Origin: Mycoplasma mycoides subsp. capri
GTDB lineage: Bacteria > Bacillota_I > Bacilli_A > Mycoplasmatales > Mycoplasmataceae
Length of the DNA stretch: 32,000 nucleotides
Direction: 5' to 3'
Assembly: GCF_018389705.1 (NCBI RefSeq)
Contig: NZ_CP065581.1
Location: forward strand, 1,003,495-1,035,494
Below are positions 31,942 through 32,000 of the stretch, piece by piece. Both the position numbers and the translations under genes were made by a program. The notes below the pieces were generated by a model. The model worked only from the letters and a program-made list of their open reading frames with translations, searched no databases and was not told where the DNA came from. Position 1 is the stretch's first letter. Each line of letters opens with the position of its first letter.

Positions 31942-31959
31942 TTTTCCACGTTTTCCACA
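31942..31959 (+). promoter_or_regulatory. Two adjacent DnaA-box-like nonamers in the rpmH-dnaA (oriC) intergenic region
   Basis: TTTTCCACG TTTTCCACA directly adjacent; canonical position between rpmH and dnaA. Confidence 0.7.
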
Positions 31960-32000
31960 TTTTTAACAAGTGTTTAACTATAATATTTTTGGAGACAAAT

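Noticed and set aside
1-32000. tRNA, rRNA, CRISPR or IS transposase content
   Set aside because: No tRNA-like T-loop/acceptor patterns, rRNA segments, transposase motifs or regular spacer arrays were recognised by eye; a tRNAscan-SE/ISfinder run would be needed to exclude them formally.

Overview
This window looks like the chromosome segment just upstream of oriC/dnaA in a Mycoplasma mycoides/capricolum-cluster mollicute. It is AT-rich, and UGA must be read as Trp: the rpmH product is only intact as MKRTWQPSKLKH... with an in-frame TGA. The minus-strand backbone is housekeeping: MFS transporter, asnA, mnmG, dicarboxylate-type symporter, FAD/NAD(P) disulfide reductase/NADH oxidase, a choline-kinase-like gene, a Cof-type HAD phosphatase, yidC, rnpA and rpmH. 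Two DnaA-box-like motifs lie at the right edge. Plus-strand accessory islands interrupt it: (i) a decayed DUF3800-like gene followed by a strongly structured intergenic element that is probably a small RNA; (ii) a nicotinamidase-like gene, a DUF285/PARCEL-type lipoprotein and two PAP2-family membrane proteins, the second frameshifted; (iii) three tandem lipoproteins whose promoters carry (TA)12, (TA)10 and (TA)11 between perfect TTGACA and TATAAT boxes (Vmm/Vmc-type phase variation). The least explained object is a ~9.4 kb minus-strand array of four consecutive ~750-aa N-terminally anchored coiled-coil proteins. They appear to alternate as A/B/A'/B', which suggests a duplicated two-gene unit, and one unit is preceded by an 18-nt poly(A) tract. 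A scrambled third PAP2 remnant lies beyond the lipoprotein array. All coordinates and translations were worked out by hand.
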